From: Escherichia coli
Lineage (GTDB): Bacteria; Pseudomonadota; Gammaproteobacteria; Enterobacterales; Enterobacteriaceae
NCBI RefSeq assembly: GCF_044324785.1
Contig: NZ_CP172127.1
Direction: 5' to 3' (one strand)
Length of the DNA: 64,000 bases
Shown here: positions 47,012 to 58,114 of the stretch, piece after piece
Position numbering within the stretch: the stretch's first letter is position 1
How the letters are laid out: each line of letters begins with the position of its first letter
The notes under the pieces: generated by a model
The model's database searches: none
What the model was told of the DNA's origin: nothing
The model's input: only the letters and a program-made list of their open reading frames with translations
Program-made: the position numbers and the translations under genes

Positions 47012-47055
47012 AATTACTGCGAGCTTGCTCGCAGTAATTCATTTCTCTTTTCTCC
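47012..47055 (+). terminator. gntU intrinsic terminator
   Basis: AATTACTGCGAGC / GCTCGCAGTAATT near-perfect palindrome followed by CATTTCTCTTTTCTCC. Confidence 0.7.
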
Positions 47056-47139
47056 TGTCTTCATCTTTTTGATCTCTCTCGCAAATTTACCTGCTAATAA
47101 TCCGTTCTAATCACTGCCTAAAGATCGCAGGAGATAAAG

Positions 47140-49236
47140 ATGGAAAAGCACGGAGCTGAATTGCTTTTACAGCGGATGTTAGGAAATACCACCGCTACTT
47201 TCAGGGAAGGGCAATGGGAAGCCATAGATGCAGTGGTTAATCAGCGGCGAAAACTGCTGGTTGTACAGCGCACCGGCTGGGGGAAAAGTGCCGTGTACTT
47301 CATCGCCAGTAAAATCTTCCGAGATCGCGGCGCTGGCCCGACAATTATCATCTCTCCTTTGCTTGCCCTGATGCGTAACCAGGTTGCCGCCGCTGAACGG
47401 TTAGGTATTACGGCTGAAACGTTGAATTCTACAAACAGGGAAGAATGGCAGCGCATTAGCGATAAGTTGCTGCAAGGTGAGGTCGATTGCTTGCTGGTTT
47501 CCCCGGAACGATTGGCAAACCAGGACTTTATCGAAACGGTTTTATATCCTATAGCCGATCGTATTGGCTTGCTTGTGGTCGACGAGGCGCACTGCATCTC
47601 TGATTGGGGCCACGATTTTCGCCCGGATTACCGACGTATATTAGATATTTTGCGCCAACTGCCTGCGAATACCCCTGTTCTGGGTACAACCGCGACAGCG
47701 AATAACCGTGTTGTTGAGGATATCCGTCAGCAATTGGGTGACATTGTGATTCAGCGTGGAACGCTGGCTCGCGAAAGTTTGGCGCTTGATGCCTTAGTCT
47801 TAGGAGAACAGTCATCCCGTCTGGCATGGTTAGCAACGGTTATCCCTCAGTTTTCCAAATCGGGAATTGTTTATACCCTGACGACTCGCGATGCTGAACT
47901 TGTCGCCGAGTGGTTAAGGAAAAATGGTATCAGTGCATTTGCTTACTACAGCGGCGTGACTTGTGAAGGCGCGGAAGATTCTAATACTGCCAGGGAATAT
48001 CTGGAGCAGGCACTGCTGGCAAATAAAATCAAAGTGCTGGTCGCGACGACGGCATTAGGTATGGGGTTTGATAAACCTGATTTAGGTTTCGTCATTCATT
48101 ATCAGATGCCGGGGTCTATTGTCGGTTACTACCAACAGGTGGGGCGTGCCGGTCGTGCTATAGATTCCGCAGTTGGCATATTGCTTTGTGGTGGTGAAGA
48201 CCGCGCTATTCATCAATTCTTCCGTGAAAGCGCCTTTCCTGCGGAGGCGCAAATTCATGAAATACTCAACGTACTTAGCGAGAATGACGGTCTTACCCTA
48301 CGAGGCATTGAACAACGGACGAATCTTCGTTATGGGCAAATAGAAAAAGCACTGAAATTATTGGTAGCGGAAAATCCATCGCCTGTGGTGTATACCGAGA
48401 AATTATGGCGCAGAACTATCGTCAGTTTTTCTCCTGATCATGAACGAATTAACCATTTGATGAATCAGAGAAAAAGTGAGCTGGCAGACGTTGAAAGCTA
48501 TATCACGACCAAGGAGTGCAAAATGCAATTTCTGCGCCGTGCACTCGATGAGCCAAGTGCCGAACGTTGTGGTAAATGTAGCAGTTGTCTTCAGCATCCG
48601 TTATTGTCGCCCGACATTGATAGCGGCTTACTCCATGCGGCAAATTTATTTATTAAACACGCTGACCTGCCGTTAAATCTCAATAAACAGGTGGCAGCTG
48701 GGGCTTTTACGCAATACGGATTTAAAGGGAACTTGCCTGCGGGTTTACAAGGATCTACGGGGCGAATCCTTTCTCGTTGGGGAGATTCCGGGTGGGGAAA
48801 GCAGGTAGCACAGGAGAAAAAAACGGGGCGCTTCAGTGATGAGCTGGTAGAAGCATGTGCGGAAATGGTTCGCCAACGCTGGAATCCGCATCCTGAACCA
48901 ACCTGGGTATGCTGCGTTCCTTCATTAAGGCACCTCGACCTGGTTCCTGATTTTGCCCGGCGACTGGCGGCGAAACTTGGCTTACCTTTTATTGATGCCA
49001 TTGAAAAAGTCGTGGACAATCCACCGCAGAAAATGCAGCAAAACCGTTTTCACCAGTGTCAAAATCTCGACGGGGCGTTTGTGATTACCCCTCCTTTGAT
49101 GCCAGGTCCGGCGTTGCTGGTTGACGATATCGTGGATTCTGCATGGACGCTGACAGTTCTGACAGCACTGTTACGCCAGGCAGGTTGCCCGACGGTTTAT
49201 CCTCTTGCCCTTGCTTCTACCTCGGTAAAAAATTGA
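47140..49236 (+). CDS. RecQ-like SF2 DNA helicase fused to a C-terminal ComF/GntX-type phosphoribosyltransferase-fold domain
   Basis: 698 aa. Walker A TGWGKS (47272..47289); DEAH box with RecQ signature VVDEAHCISDWGHDFRPDY (DEAH at 47581..47592); GTTATA; YYQQVGRAGR; Cys cluster CKMQ...CGKCSSC. The C-terminal 180 aa carry the PRTase motif LLVDDIVDSAWTLT (Asp-Asp codons from 49123). AGGAG Shine-Dalgarno 8 nt upstream. Confidence 0.85.
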   Translation: MEKHGAELLLQRMLGNTTATFREGQWEAIDAVVNQRRKLLVVQRTGWGKSAVYFIASKIFRDRGAGPTIIISPLLALMRNQVAAAERLGITAETLNSTNREEWQRISDKLLQGEVDCLLVSPERLANQDFIETVLYPIADRIGLLVVDEAHCISDWGHDFRPDYRRILDILRQLPANTPVLGTTATANNRVVEDIRQQLGDIVIQRGTLARESLALDALVLGEQSSRLAWLATVIPQFSKSGIVYTLTTRDAELVAEWLRKNGISAFAYYSGVTCEGAEDSNTAREYLEQALLANKIKVLVATTALGMGFDKPDLGFVIHYQMPGSIVGYYQQVGRAGRAIDSAVGILLCGGEDRAIHQFFRESAFPAEAQIHEILNVLSENDGLTLRGIEQRTNLRYGQIEKALKLLVAENPSPVVYTEKLWRRTIVSFSPDHERINHLMNQRKSELADVESYITTKECKMQFLRRALDEPSAERCGKCSSCLQHPLLSPDIDSGLLHAANLFIKHADLPLNLNKQVAAGAFTQYGFKGNLPAGLQGSTGRILSRWGDSGWGKQVAQEKKTGRFSDELVEACAEMVRQRWNPHPEPTWVCCVPSLRHLDLVPDFARRLAAKLGLPFIDAIEKVVDNPPQKMQQNRFHQCQNLDGAFVITPPLMPGPALLVDDIVDSAWTLTVLTALLRQAGCPTVYPLALASTSVKN

Positions 49237-50438
49237 TGAATCTTTCAGCCAATGCACAAGCGACTCTCCTGCTAACCAGCGATTTTTCTCGCGCGGCGGC
49301 GAGTGAGTATAAACCTCTTAGTAATAGTGAATGGGGGAAGTTTGCATTATGGCTGAAGCACCAACGTATCAGTCCCGCCGATCTTCTGGTACCGCAACCG
49401 CAAGAGAAACTTACAGGCTGGAGCGATCCGCGTATTTCTCAGGAGCGTATTCTTGGCTTGCTGGCGCGTGGTCATAGTCTGGCGTTGGCGGTAGATAAGT
49501 GGCAACGCGCCGGATTATGGATCTTAACCCGCGGAGATGCCGATTATCCCGTTCGCTTGAAAAACCGATTGCGAACGGATGCTCCTCCCGTTTTATTTGG
49601 CTGCGGGAATAAAGCATTATTGCAAGCGGAAGGTATGGCGATTGTTGGCTCGCGAGATGCTCCGACTGACGATTTGCGCTATACCCAACAACTGGCAGCG
49701 AAACTGGCCCAACAGGGGATTTGCGTTATCTCTGGTGGTGCGCGAGGTATTGATGAATGTGCAATGGCGTCGGCACTGGAGGCCGGGGGAACTGCCGTTG
49801 GCGTATTAGCTGATAGCTTGTTAAAAACGAGCACGTTAGTGAAATGGCGTGAAGGGCTTATAGCAGGCAACCTGGTGTTGATTTCACCGTTTTACCCAGA
49901 GGTACGTTTCACTGTCGGCAATGCGATGGCGCGGAATAAATATATTTATTGCCTTGCTGAAAGCGCAATGGTTGTACGTGCGGGAATGACCGGTGGAACG
50001 ATAACCGGAGCGATGGAGGCGTTAAAACATCAGTGGCTGCCTGTTCTGGTTAAACCAAATCAGGATGTGCAATCAGCCAATTCACGATTAGTAGAAAATG
50101 GGGCGTCATGGAGTGCTGAACAGGCTGAGAATGTGACGATCAGACTGCCAGATGTTCCTGGGCTGATGTATGACAGAGCACTCCGTAACGCTCAACCAGA
50201 ATTGTTTTCGCTGCTCGAAGATGACGCAAATTACGCAGTAATGCCCGCGCATACCCCTGTCGATTTTTATCAACTCTTTGTGGCGGAACTGGCGATCCTT
50301 GCAAAGGAATCGATAAGTATTGAAAGGCTGGCGTCTTGTACTGGTTTAACCATCGAACAAATTAGTGTGTGGCTGAACCGCGCAGAAGAAGAGGGAAGGG
50401 TTATCCGATTGGGCGAAGGTCATTATCAGTTCAGGTAA
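49236..50438 (+). CDS. DprA/Smf-like (SLOG Rossmann) protein with a C-terminal winged-helix-like region
   Basis: DprA core motifs AIVGSRDAPTDDL, ISGGARGIDECAM, NAMARNKYIYCLAE and VVRAGMTGGT. Start chosen at the ATG sharing one base with the upstream TGA stop (400 aa); an in-frame ATG at 49143 would give 431 aa. Confidence 0.8.
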   Translation: MNLSANAQATLLLTSDFSRAAASEYKPLSNSEWGKFALWLKHQRISPADLLVPQPQEKLTGWSDPRISQERILGLLARGHSLALAVDKWQRAGLWILTRGDADYPVRLKNRLRTDAPPVLFGCGNKALLQAEGMAIVGSRDAPTDDLRYTQQLAAKLAQQGICVISGGARGIDECAMASALEAGGTAVGVLADSLLKTSTLVKWREGLIAGNLVLISPFYPEVRFTVGNAMARNKYIYCLAESAMVVRAGMTGGTITGAMEALKHQWLPVLVKPNQDVQSANSRLVENGASWSAEQAENVTIRLPDVPGLMYDRALRNAQPELFSLLEDDANYAVMPAHTPVDFYQLFVAELAILAKESISIERLASCTGLTIEQISVWLNRAEEEGRVIRLGEGHYQFR

Positions 50439-50440
50439 TA

Positions 50441-50478
50441 AAACAGGTGCCGCGTCTGGTTGTGTGCAGCACCTGTTT
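50441..50478. terminator. Hairpin between the DprA-like gene and convergent yhgN
   Basis: AAACAGGTGC / GCACCTGTTT 10-bp inverted repeat with an 18-nt loop, between two convergent stop codons. Confidence 0.45.
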
Positions 50479-50483
50479 GAACC

Positions 50484-51077
50484 TTACCCCTTCATCCACA
50501 TTCGAATCCCGTCGAGGAACATCTGGGTTGCCATCATCACCAGAATCAATCCCATCAGGCGTTCAAGTGCATTCACCCCTTTCTCGCCGAGCAGACGTAA
50601 AAATAGCGAAGACTGTAGCAGGATGACAAAGGTGCCACCCCAGGCCAGCAGCAGAGCAATTACCAGATGTCCCATCTGATTCGGGTACTGATGAGACAAC
50701 AACATCAGCGTGGCGAGAATAGTCGGCCCGGCGACTAACGGAATTGCCAACGGCACGATAAACGGCTCTTCACCTGCCGGAAGCCCGCTGCTATTTCCTG
50801 AAGCACTGGGGAAAATCATCTTAATGGCGATCAGAAACAGAATGATGCCGCCAGAAATGGAGACGGTTTCTGCCCGCAGGCTAAGAAATGCCAGAATTTT
50901 CTCACCCGCAAACAGGAACACCAGCATCACCAGGAGAGCAATAAGCAACTCTCGCACCATGATTGCCCGCCGTCTTTTCGGTTCAGTATGTTTCAGTACG
51001 GACATGAAAATAGGTAGGTTTCCGAGCGGATCCATAATCAGGATCAATAAAACTGCTGCAGAAATGATTTCATTCAT
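50484..51077 (-). CDS. yhgN: MarC-family inner-membrane protein YhgN
   Basis: 197-aa hydrophobic ORF adjacent to asd. Confidence 0.85.
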   Translation of the reverse strand: MNEIISAAVLLILIMDPLGNLPIFMSVLKHTEPKRRRAIMVRELLIALLVMLVFLFAGEKILAFLSLRAETVSISGGIILFLIAIKMIFPSASGNSSGLPAGEEPFIVPLAIPLVAGPTILATLMLLSHQYPNQMGHLVIALLLAWGGTFVILLQSSLFLRLLGEKGVNALERLMGLILVMMATQMFLDGIRMWMKG

Positions 51078-51268
51078 AACTCAAATTCCCTGATAATTGC
51101 CGCGGACTTTCTGCGTGCTAACAAAGCAGGATAAGTCGCATTACTGATGGCTTCGCTATCATTGATTAATTTCACTTGCGACTTTGGCTGCTTTTTGTAT
51201 GGTGAAAGATGTGCCAAGAGGAGACCGGCACATTTATACAGCACACATCTTTGCAGGAAAAAACGCTT

Positions 51269-52372
51269 ATGAAAAATGTTGGTTTTATCGGCTGGCGCGG
51301 TATGGTCGGCTCCGTTCTCATGCAACGCATGGTTGAAGAGCGCGACTTCGACGCCATTCGCCCTGTCTTCTTTTCTACTTCACAGCTTGGTCAGGCTGCG
51401 CCGTCTTTTGGCGGAACCACTGGCACACTTCAGGATGCCTTTGATCTGGAGGCGCTAAAGGCCCTCGATATCATTGTGACCTGTCAGGGCGGCGATTATA
51501 CCAACGAAATCTATCCAAAGCTTCGTGAAAGCGGATGGCAAGGTTACTGGATTGACGCAGCATCGTCTCTGCGCATGAAAGATGACGCCATCATCATTCT
51601 TGACCCCGTCAATCAGGACGTCATTACCGACGGATTAAATAATGGCATCAGGACTTTTGTTGGCGGTAACTGTACCGTAAGCCTGATGTTGATGTCGTTG
51701 GGTGGTTTATTCGCCAACGATCTTGTTGATTGGGTGTCCGTTGCAACCTACCAGGCCGCTTCCGGCGGTGGTGCGCGACATATGCGTGAGTTATTAACCC
51801 AGATGGGCCATCTGTATGGCCATGTGGCAGATGAACTCGCGACCCCGTCCTCTGCTATTCTCGATATCGAACGCAAAGTCACAACCTTAACCCGTAGCGG
51901 TGAGCTGCCGGTGGATAACTTTGGCGTGCCGCTGGCGGGTAGCCTGATTCCGTGGATCGACAAACAGCTCGATAACGGTCAGAGCCGCGAAGAGTGGAAA
52001 GGGCAGGCGGAAACCAACAAGATCCTCAACACATCTTCCGTAATTCCGGTAGATGGTTTATGTGTGCGTGTCGGGGCATTGCGCTGCCATAGCCAGGCAT
52101 TCACTATTAAATTGAAAAAAGATGTGTCTATTCCGACCGTGGAAGAACTGCTGGCTGCGCACAATCCGTGGGCGAAAGTCGTTCCGAACGATCGGGAAAT
52201 CACTATGCGTGAGCTAACCCCAGCTGCCGTTACCGGCACGCTGACCACGCCGGTAGGCCGTCTGCGTAAGCTGAATATGGGACCGGAGTTCCTGTCAGCC
52301 TTTACCGTGGGCGACCAGCTGCTGTGGGGGGCCGCGGAGCCGCTACGTCGGATGCTTCGTCAACTGGCGTAA
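51269..52372 (+). CDS. asd: Aspartate-semialdehyde dehydrogenase
   Basis: Start at [21 protein letters not shown] gives 367 aa; active-site cysteine context GGNCTVS. Confidence 0.95.
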
Positions 52373-52644
52373 TCTTTATTCATTAAATCTGGGGCGCGAT
52401 GCCGCCCCTGTTAGTGCGTAATACAGGAGTAAGCGCAGATGTTTCATGATTTACCGGGAGTTAAATAGAGCATTGGCTATTCTTTAAGGGTGGCTGAATA
52501 CATGAGTATTCACAGCCTTACCTGAAGTGAGGACGACGCAGAGAGGATGCACAGAGTGCTGCGCCGTTCAGGTCAAAAAAATGTCACAACCAGAAGTCAA
52601 AAATCCAGTTGGATGGGGTGACACAATAAAACAGGAAGACAAGC

Positions 52645-54831
52645 ATGTCCGATCGTATCGATAGAGACGTGATTAACGCGCTAATTGCAGGCCATTTTGC
52701 GGATCCTTTTTCCGTACTGGGGATGCATAAAACCACCGCGGGACTGGAAGTCCGTGCCCTTTTACCCGACGCTACCGATGTGTGGGTGATTGAACCGAAA
52801 ACCGGGCGCAAACTCGCAAAACTGGAGTGTCTCGACTCCCGTGGATTCTTTAGCGGTGTCATTCCGCGACGTAAGAATTTTTTCCGCTATCAGTTGGCTG
52901 TTGTCTGGCATGGTCAGCAAAACCTGATAGATGATCCTTACCGTTTTGGTCCGCTAATCCAGGAAATGGATGCCTGGCTATTATCTGAAGGTACTCACCT
53001 GCGCCCGTATGAAACCTTAGGCGCGCATGCAGATACTATGGATGGCGTCACAGGTACGCGTTTTTCTGTCTGGGCTCCAAACGCCCGTCGGGTCTCGGTG
53101 GTTGGGCAATTCAACTACTGGGACGGTCGCCGTCATCCGATGCGCCTGCGTAAAGAGAGCGGCATCTGGGAACTGTTTATCCCTGGGGCGCATAACGGTC
53201 AGCTCTATAAATATGAGATGATTGATGCCAATGGCAACTTGCGTCTGAAGTCCGACCCTTATGCCTTCGAAGCGCAAATGCGCCCGGAAACCGCGTCTCT
53301 TATTTGCGGGCTGCCGGAAAAGGTTGTGCAGACTGAAGAGCGCAAAAAAGCGAATCAGTTTGATGCGCCAATCTCTATTTATGAAGTTCACCTGGGCTCC
53401 TGGCGTCGCCACACCGACAACAATTTCTGGTTAAGCTACCGCGAGCTGGCCGATCAACTGGTGCCTTATGCTAAATGGATGGGCTTTACCCACCTCGAAC
53501 TGCTGCCCATTAACGAGCATCCGTTCGATGGCAGTTGGGGTTATCAGCCAACCGGCCTGTATGCACCGACCCGCCGTTTTGGTACCCGCGACGACTTCCG
53601 TTATTTCATTGATGCCGCACACGCAGCTGGTCTGAACGTGATTCTCGACTGGGTGCCAGGCCACTTCCCGACCGATGACTTTGCGCTTGCCAAATTTGAT
53701 GGCACGAACTTGTATGAACACAGCGATCCGCGCGAAGGCTATCATCAGGACTGGAATACGCTGATCTACAACTATGGTCGCCGTGAAGTCAGTAACTTCC
53801 TTGTCGGTAACGCGCTTTACTGGATCGAACGTTTTGGTATTGATGCGCTGCGCGTCGATGCGGTGGCGTCAATGATTTATCGTGACTACAGCCGTAAAGA
53901 GGGGGAGTGGATCCCGAACGAATTTGGCGGGCGCGAGAATCTTGAAGCGATTGAATTCTTGCGTAATACCAACCGTATTCTTGGTGAGCAGGTTTCCGGT
54001 GCGGTGACAATGGCGGAGGAGTCTACCGATTTCCCTGGCGTTTCTCGTCCGCAGGACATGGGCGGTCTGGGCTTCTGGTACAAGTGGAACCTAGGCTGGA
54101 TGCATGACACCCTGGACTACATGAAGCTCGACCCGGTTTATCGTCAGTATCATCACGATAAACTGACCTTCGGGATGCTCTACAACTACACTGAAAACTT
54201 CGTCCTGCCGTTGTCGCATGATGAAGTGGTCCACGGTAAAAAATCGATTCTCGACCGGATGCCGGGCGACGCATGGCAGAAATTCGCTAACCTGCGCGCC
54301 TACTACGGCTGGATGTGGGCATTCCCGGGCAAGAAACTGCTGTTCATGGGGAACGAATTTGCCCAGGGCCGCGAGTGGAACCATGACGCCAGCCTCGACT
54401 GGCATCTGTTGGAAGGCGGCGATAACTGGCACCACGGTGTCCAGCGTCTGGTGCGCGATCTGAACCTCACCTACCGCCACCATAAAGCGATGCATGAACT
54501 GGATTTTGACCCGTACGGTTTTGAATGGCTGGTGGTGGATGACAAAGAACGCTCGGTGCTGATCTTTGTGCGTCGCGATAAAGAGGGTAACGAAATCATC
54601 GTTGCCAGTAACTTTACTCCGGTGCCGCGTCATGATTATCGCTTCGGCATTAACCAGCCGGGCAAATGGCGTGAAATCCTCAATACCGATTCCATGCACT
54701 ATCACGGCAGTAATGTCGGCAATGGCGGCACGGTACACAGCGATGAGATTGCCAGCCACGGTCGTCAGCATTCATTAAGCCTGACACTACCACCGCTGGC
54801 CACTATCTGGCTGGTTCGGGAGGCAGAATGA
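52645..54831 (+). CDS. glgB: 1,4-alpha-glucan branching enzyme
   Basis: 728-aa GH13 ORF ([28 protein letters not shown]). Confidence 0.95.
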   Translation: MSDRIDRDVINALIAGHFADPFSVLGMHKTTAGLEVRALLPDATDVWVIEPKTGRKLAKLECLDSRGFFSGVIPRRKNFFRYQLAVVWHGQQNLIDDPYRFGPLIQEMDAWLLSEGTHLRPYETLGAHADTMDGVTGTRFSVWAPNARRVSVVGQFNYWDGRRHPMRLRKESGIWELFIPGAHNGQLYKYEMIDANGNLRLKSDPYAFEAQMRPETASLICGLPEKVVQTEERKKANQFDAPISIYEVHLGSWRRHTDNNFWLSYRELADQLVPYAKWMGFTHLELLPINEHPFDGSWGYQPTGLYAPTRRFGTRDDFRYFIDAAHAAGLNVILDWVPGHFPTDDFALAKFDGTNLYEHSDPREGYHQDWNTLIYNYGRREVSNFLVGNALYWIERFGIDALRVDAVASMIYRDYSRKEGEWIPNEFGGRENLEAIEFLRNTNRILGEQVSGAVTMAEESTDFPGVSRPQDMGGLGFWYKWNLGWMHDTLDYMKLDPVYRQYHHDKLTFGMLYNYTENFVLPLSHDEVVHGKKSILDRMPGDAWQKFANLRAYYGWMWAFPGKKLLFMGNEFAQGREWNHDASLDWHLLEGGDNWHHGVQRLVRDLNLTYRHHKAMHELDFDPYGFEWLVVDDKERSVLIFVRRDKEGNEIIVASNFTPVPRHDYRFGINQPGKWREILNTDSMHYHGSNVGNGGTVHSDEIASHGRQHSLSLTLPPLATIWLVREAE

Positions 54832-56801
54832 CACAACTCGCCATTGGCAAACCCGCACCCCTCGGCGCGCATTACGACGGTCAGGGCGTCAACTTCACAC
54901 TTTTCTCCGCTCATGCCGAGCGGGTAGAACTGTGTGTCTTTGACGCCAATGGCCAGGAACATCGCTATGACTTGCCAGGGCACAGTGGCGACATTTGGCA
55001 CGGTTATCTGCCGGATGCGCGCCCGGGTTTGCGTTATGGTTATCGCGTTCATGGCCCCTGGCAACCCGCCGAGGGGCATCGCTTTAACCCGGCGAAGTTG
55101 TTGATTGATCCTTGCGCGCGGCAAATTGACGGGGAATTTAAAGATAACCCGCTGCTGCACGCCGGTCATAATGAACCTGACTATCGCGACAACGCCGCCA
55201 TTGCGCCGAAATGCGTAGTGGTGGTTGATCACTATGACTGGGAGGATGATGCTCCGCCGCGCACGCCGTGGGGCAGTACCATCATTTATGAAGCCCATGT
55301 CAAAGGATTAACGTACCTGCACCCGGAGATCCCGGTCGAGATCCGTGGCACTTATAAAGCCCTGGGGCATCCGGTGATGATCAACTATTTGAAACAGTTG
55401 GGCATTACCGCGCTGGAACTGCTGCCGGTGGCGCAGTTTGCCAGCGAACCACGCCTGCAACGTATGGGTCTAAGTAACTACTGGGGTTATAACCCGGTGG
55501 CGATGTTTGCGCTGCATCCGGCGTATGCCTGCTCCCCAGAAACGGCGCTTGATGAGTTTCGCGATGCAATCAAAGCACTGCATAAAGCGGGTATCGAAGT
55601 CATTCTTGATATCGTGCTCAACCATAGTGCGGAACTGGACCTCGACGGCCCGTTATTCTCTCTGCGTGGGATCGACAACCGTAGCTATTATTGGATAAGA
55701 GAAGACGGCGATTATCACAACTGGACCGGTTGTGGCAACACGCTCAATTTGAGTCATCCGGCGGTGGTGGATTATGCCAGCGCCTGCCTGCGTTATTGGG
55801 TAGAAACCTGCCACGTCGATGGTTTCCGCTTTGATCTGGCGGCAGTCATGGGCCGTACGCCAGAGTTTCGTCAGGATGCGCCGTTGTTTACCGCTATCCA
55901 GAACTGCCCGGTGCTCTCGCAGGTGAAGTTAATTGCTGAACCGTGGGATATTGCTCCTGGTGGTTATCAGGTGGGAAATTTCCCACCGCTGTTTGCCGAG
56001 TGGAACGATCATTTCCGCGATGCTGCCCGTCGTTTCTGGCTTCATTATGATTTGCCTCTGGGGGCGTTTGCCGGGCGTTTTGCTGCCTCCAGCGATGTTT
56101 TTAAACGTAATGGTCGTCTGCCGAGTGCCGCGATTAATCTCGTCACCGCGCATGACGGTTTTACGCTTCGCGACTGCGTTTGCTTCAACCATAAACATAA
56201 TGAAGCAAACGGAGAAGAAAATCGCGACGGGACCAACAACAATTACAGTAACAATCATGGTAAAGAAGGGTTAGGCGGTACTCTTGACCTGGTTGAACGG
56301 CGTCGCGACAGCATTCACGCCCTGTTAACAACGTTGTTGCTCTCCCAGGGTACGCCGATGTTACTGGCCGGTGACGAACATGGTCACAGCCAGCATGGCA
56401 ATAACAATGCCTACTGTCAGGATAACCAATTAACCTGGTTGGACTGGTCGCAGGCAAGCAGTGGTTTAACCGCATTTACCGCCGCGTTAATCCATCTGCG
56501 CAAGCGCATTCCCGCTTTGGTGGAGAATCGCTGGTGGGAAGAAGGCGACGGCAATGTCCGTTGGCTAAATCGATATGCTCAACCTTTAAGCACGGATGAG
56601 TGGCAAAACGGGCCGAAACAGCTGCAAATTCTGCTCTCGGATCGCTTTTTGATCGCAATTAACGCCACGCTTGAGGTAACAGAGATTGTTTTACCTGCTG
56701 GGGAGTGGCACGCCATTCCCCCATTCGCTGGAGAGGATAACCCAGTGATTACGGCTGTCTGGCAGGGACCTGCACACGGATTGTGTGTGTTCCAGAGATG
56801 A
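54828..56801 (+). CDS. glgX: Glycogen debranching enzyme
   Basis: 657-aa GH13 ORF; 4-bp overlap with glgB. Confidence 0.95.
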
Positions 56802-56818
56802 TAAAAAAGGAGTTAGTC

Positions 56819-58114
56819 ATGGTTAGTTTAGAGAAGAACGATCACTTAATGTTGGCGCGCCAGCTGCCATTGAAATCTGTTGCCCTGATACTGGCGGGAG
56901 GACGTGGTACCCGCCTGAAGGATTTAACCAATAAGCGAGCAAAACCGGCCGTACACTTCGGCGGTAAGTTCCGCATTATCGACTTTGCGCTGTCTAACTG
57001 CATCAACTCCGGGATCCGTCGTATGGGCGTGATCACCCAGTACCAGTCCCACACTCTGGTGCAGCACATTCAGCGCGGCTGGTCATTCTTCAATGAAGAA
57101 ATGAACGAGTTTGTCGATCTGCTGCCAGCACAGCAGAGAATGAAAGGGGAAAACTGGTATCGCGGCACCGCAGATGCAGTTACCCAAAACCTCGACATTA
57201 TCCGCCGTTATAAAGCGGAATACGTGGTGATCCTGGCGGGCGACCATATCTACAAGCAAGACTACTCGCGTATGCTTATCGACCACGTCGAAAAAGGCGC
57301 ACGTTGCACCGTTGCTTGTATGCCAGTACCGATTGAAGAAGCCTCCGCATTTGGCGTTATGGCGGTTGATGAGAACGATAAAATTATCGAATTCGTTGAA
57401 AAACCAGCTAACCCGCCGTCAATGCCGAACGATCCGAGCAAATCTCTGGCGAGTATGGGTATCTACGTCTTTGACGCCGACTATCTGTATGAACTGCTGG
57501 AAGAAGACGATCGCGATGAGAACTCCAGCCACGACTTTGGCAAAGATTTGATTCCCAAGATCACCGAAGCCGGTCTGGCCTATGCGCACCCGTTCCCGCT
57601 CTCTTGCGTACAATCCGACCCGGATGCCGAGCCGTACTGGCGCGATGTGGGTACGCTGGAAGCTTACTGGAAAGCGAACCTCGATCTGGCCTCTGTGGTG
57701 CCGGAACTGGATATGTACGATCGCAATTGGCCAATTCGCACCTACAATGAATCATTACCGCCAGCGAAATTCGTGCAGGATCGCTCCGGTAGCCACGGGA
57801 TGACCCTTAACTCACTGGTATCCGGCGGTTGTGTGATCTCCGGTTCGGTGGTGGTGCAGTCCGTTCTGTTCTCGCGCGTTCGCGTGAATTCATTCTGCAA
57901 CATTGATTCCGCCGTATTGTTACCGGAAGTATGGGTAGGTCGCTCGTGCCGTCTGCGCCGCTGCGTCATCGATCGTGCTTGTGTTATTCCGGAAGGCATG
58001 GTGATTGGTGAAAACGCAGAGGAAGATGCACGTCGTTTCTATCGTTCAGAAGAAGGCATCGTGCTGGTAACGCGCGAAATGCTACGGAAGTTAGGGCATA
58101 AACAGGAGCGATAA
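56819..58114 (+). CDS. glgC: Glucose-1-phosphate adenylyltransferase
   Basis: Start at [33 protein letters not shown] gives 431 aa. Confidence 0.95.

Noticed and set aside
47001-50483. Prophage or integrative element carrying the helicase/DprA cassette
   Set aside because: No integrase, tRNA, direct repeats or phage structural genes flank it; the insert is exactly two genes between host terminators. Mobility cannot be excluded without comparative data.
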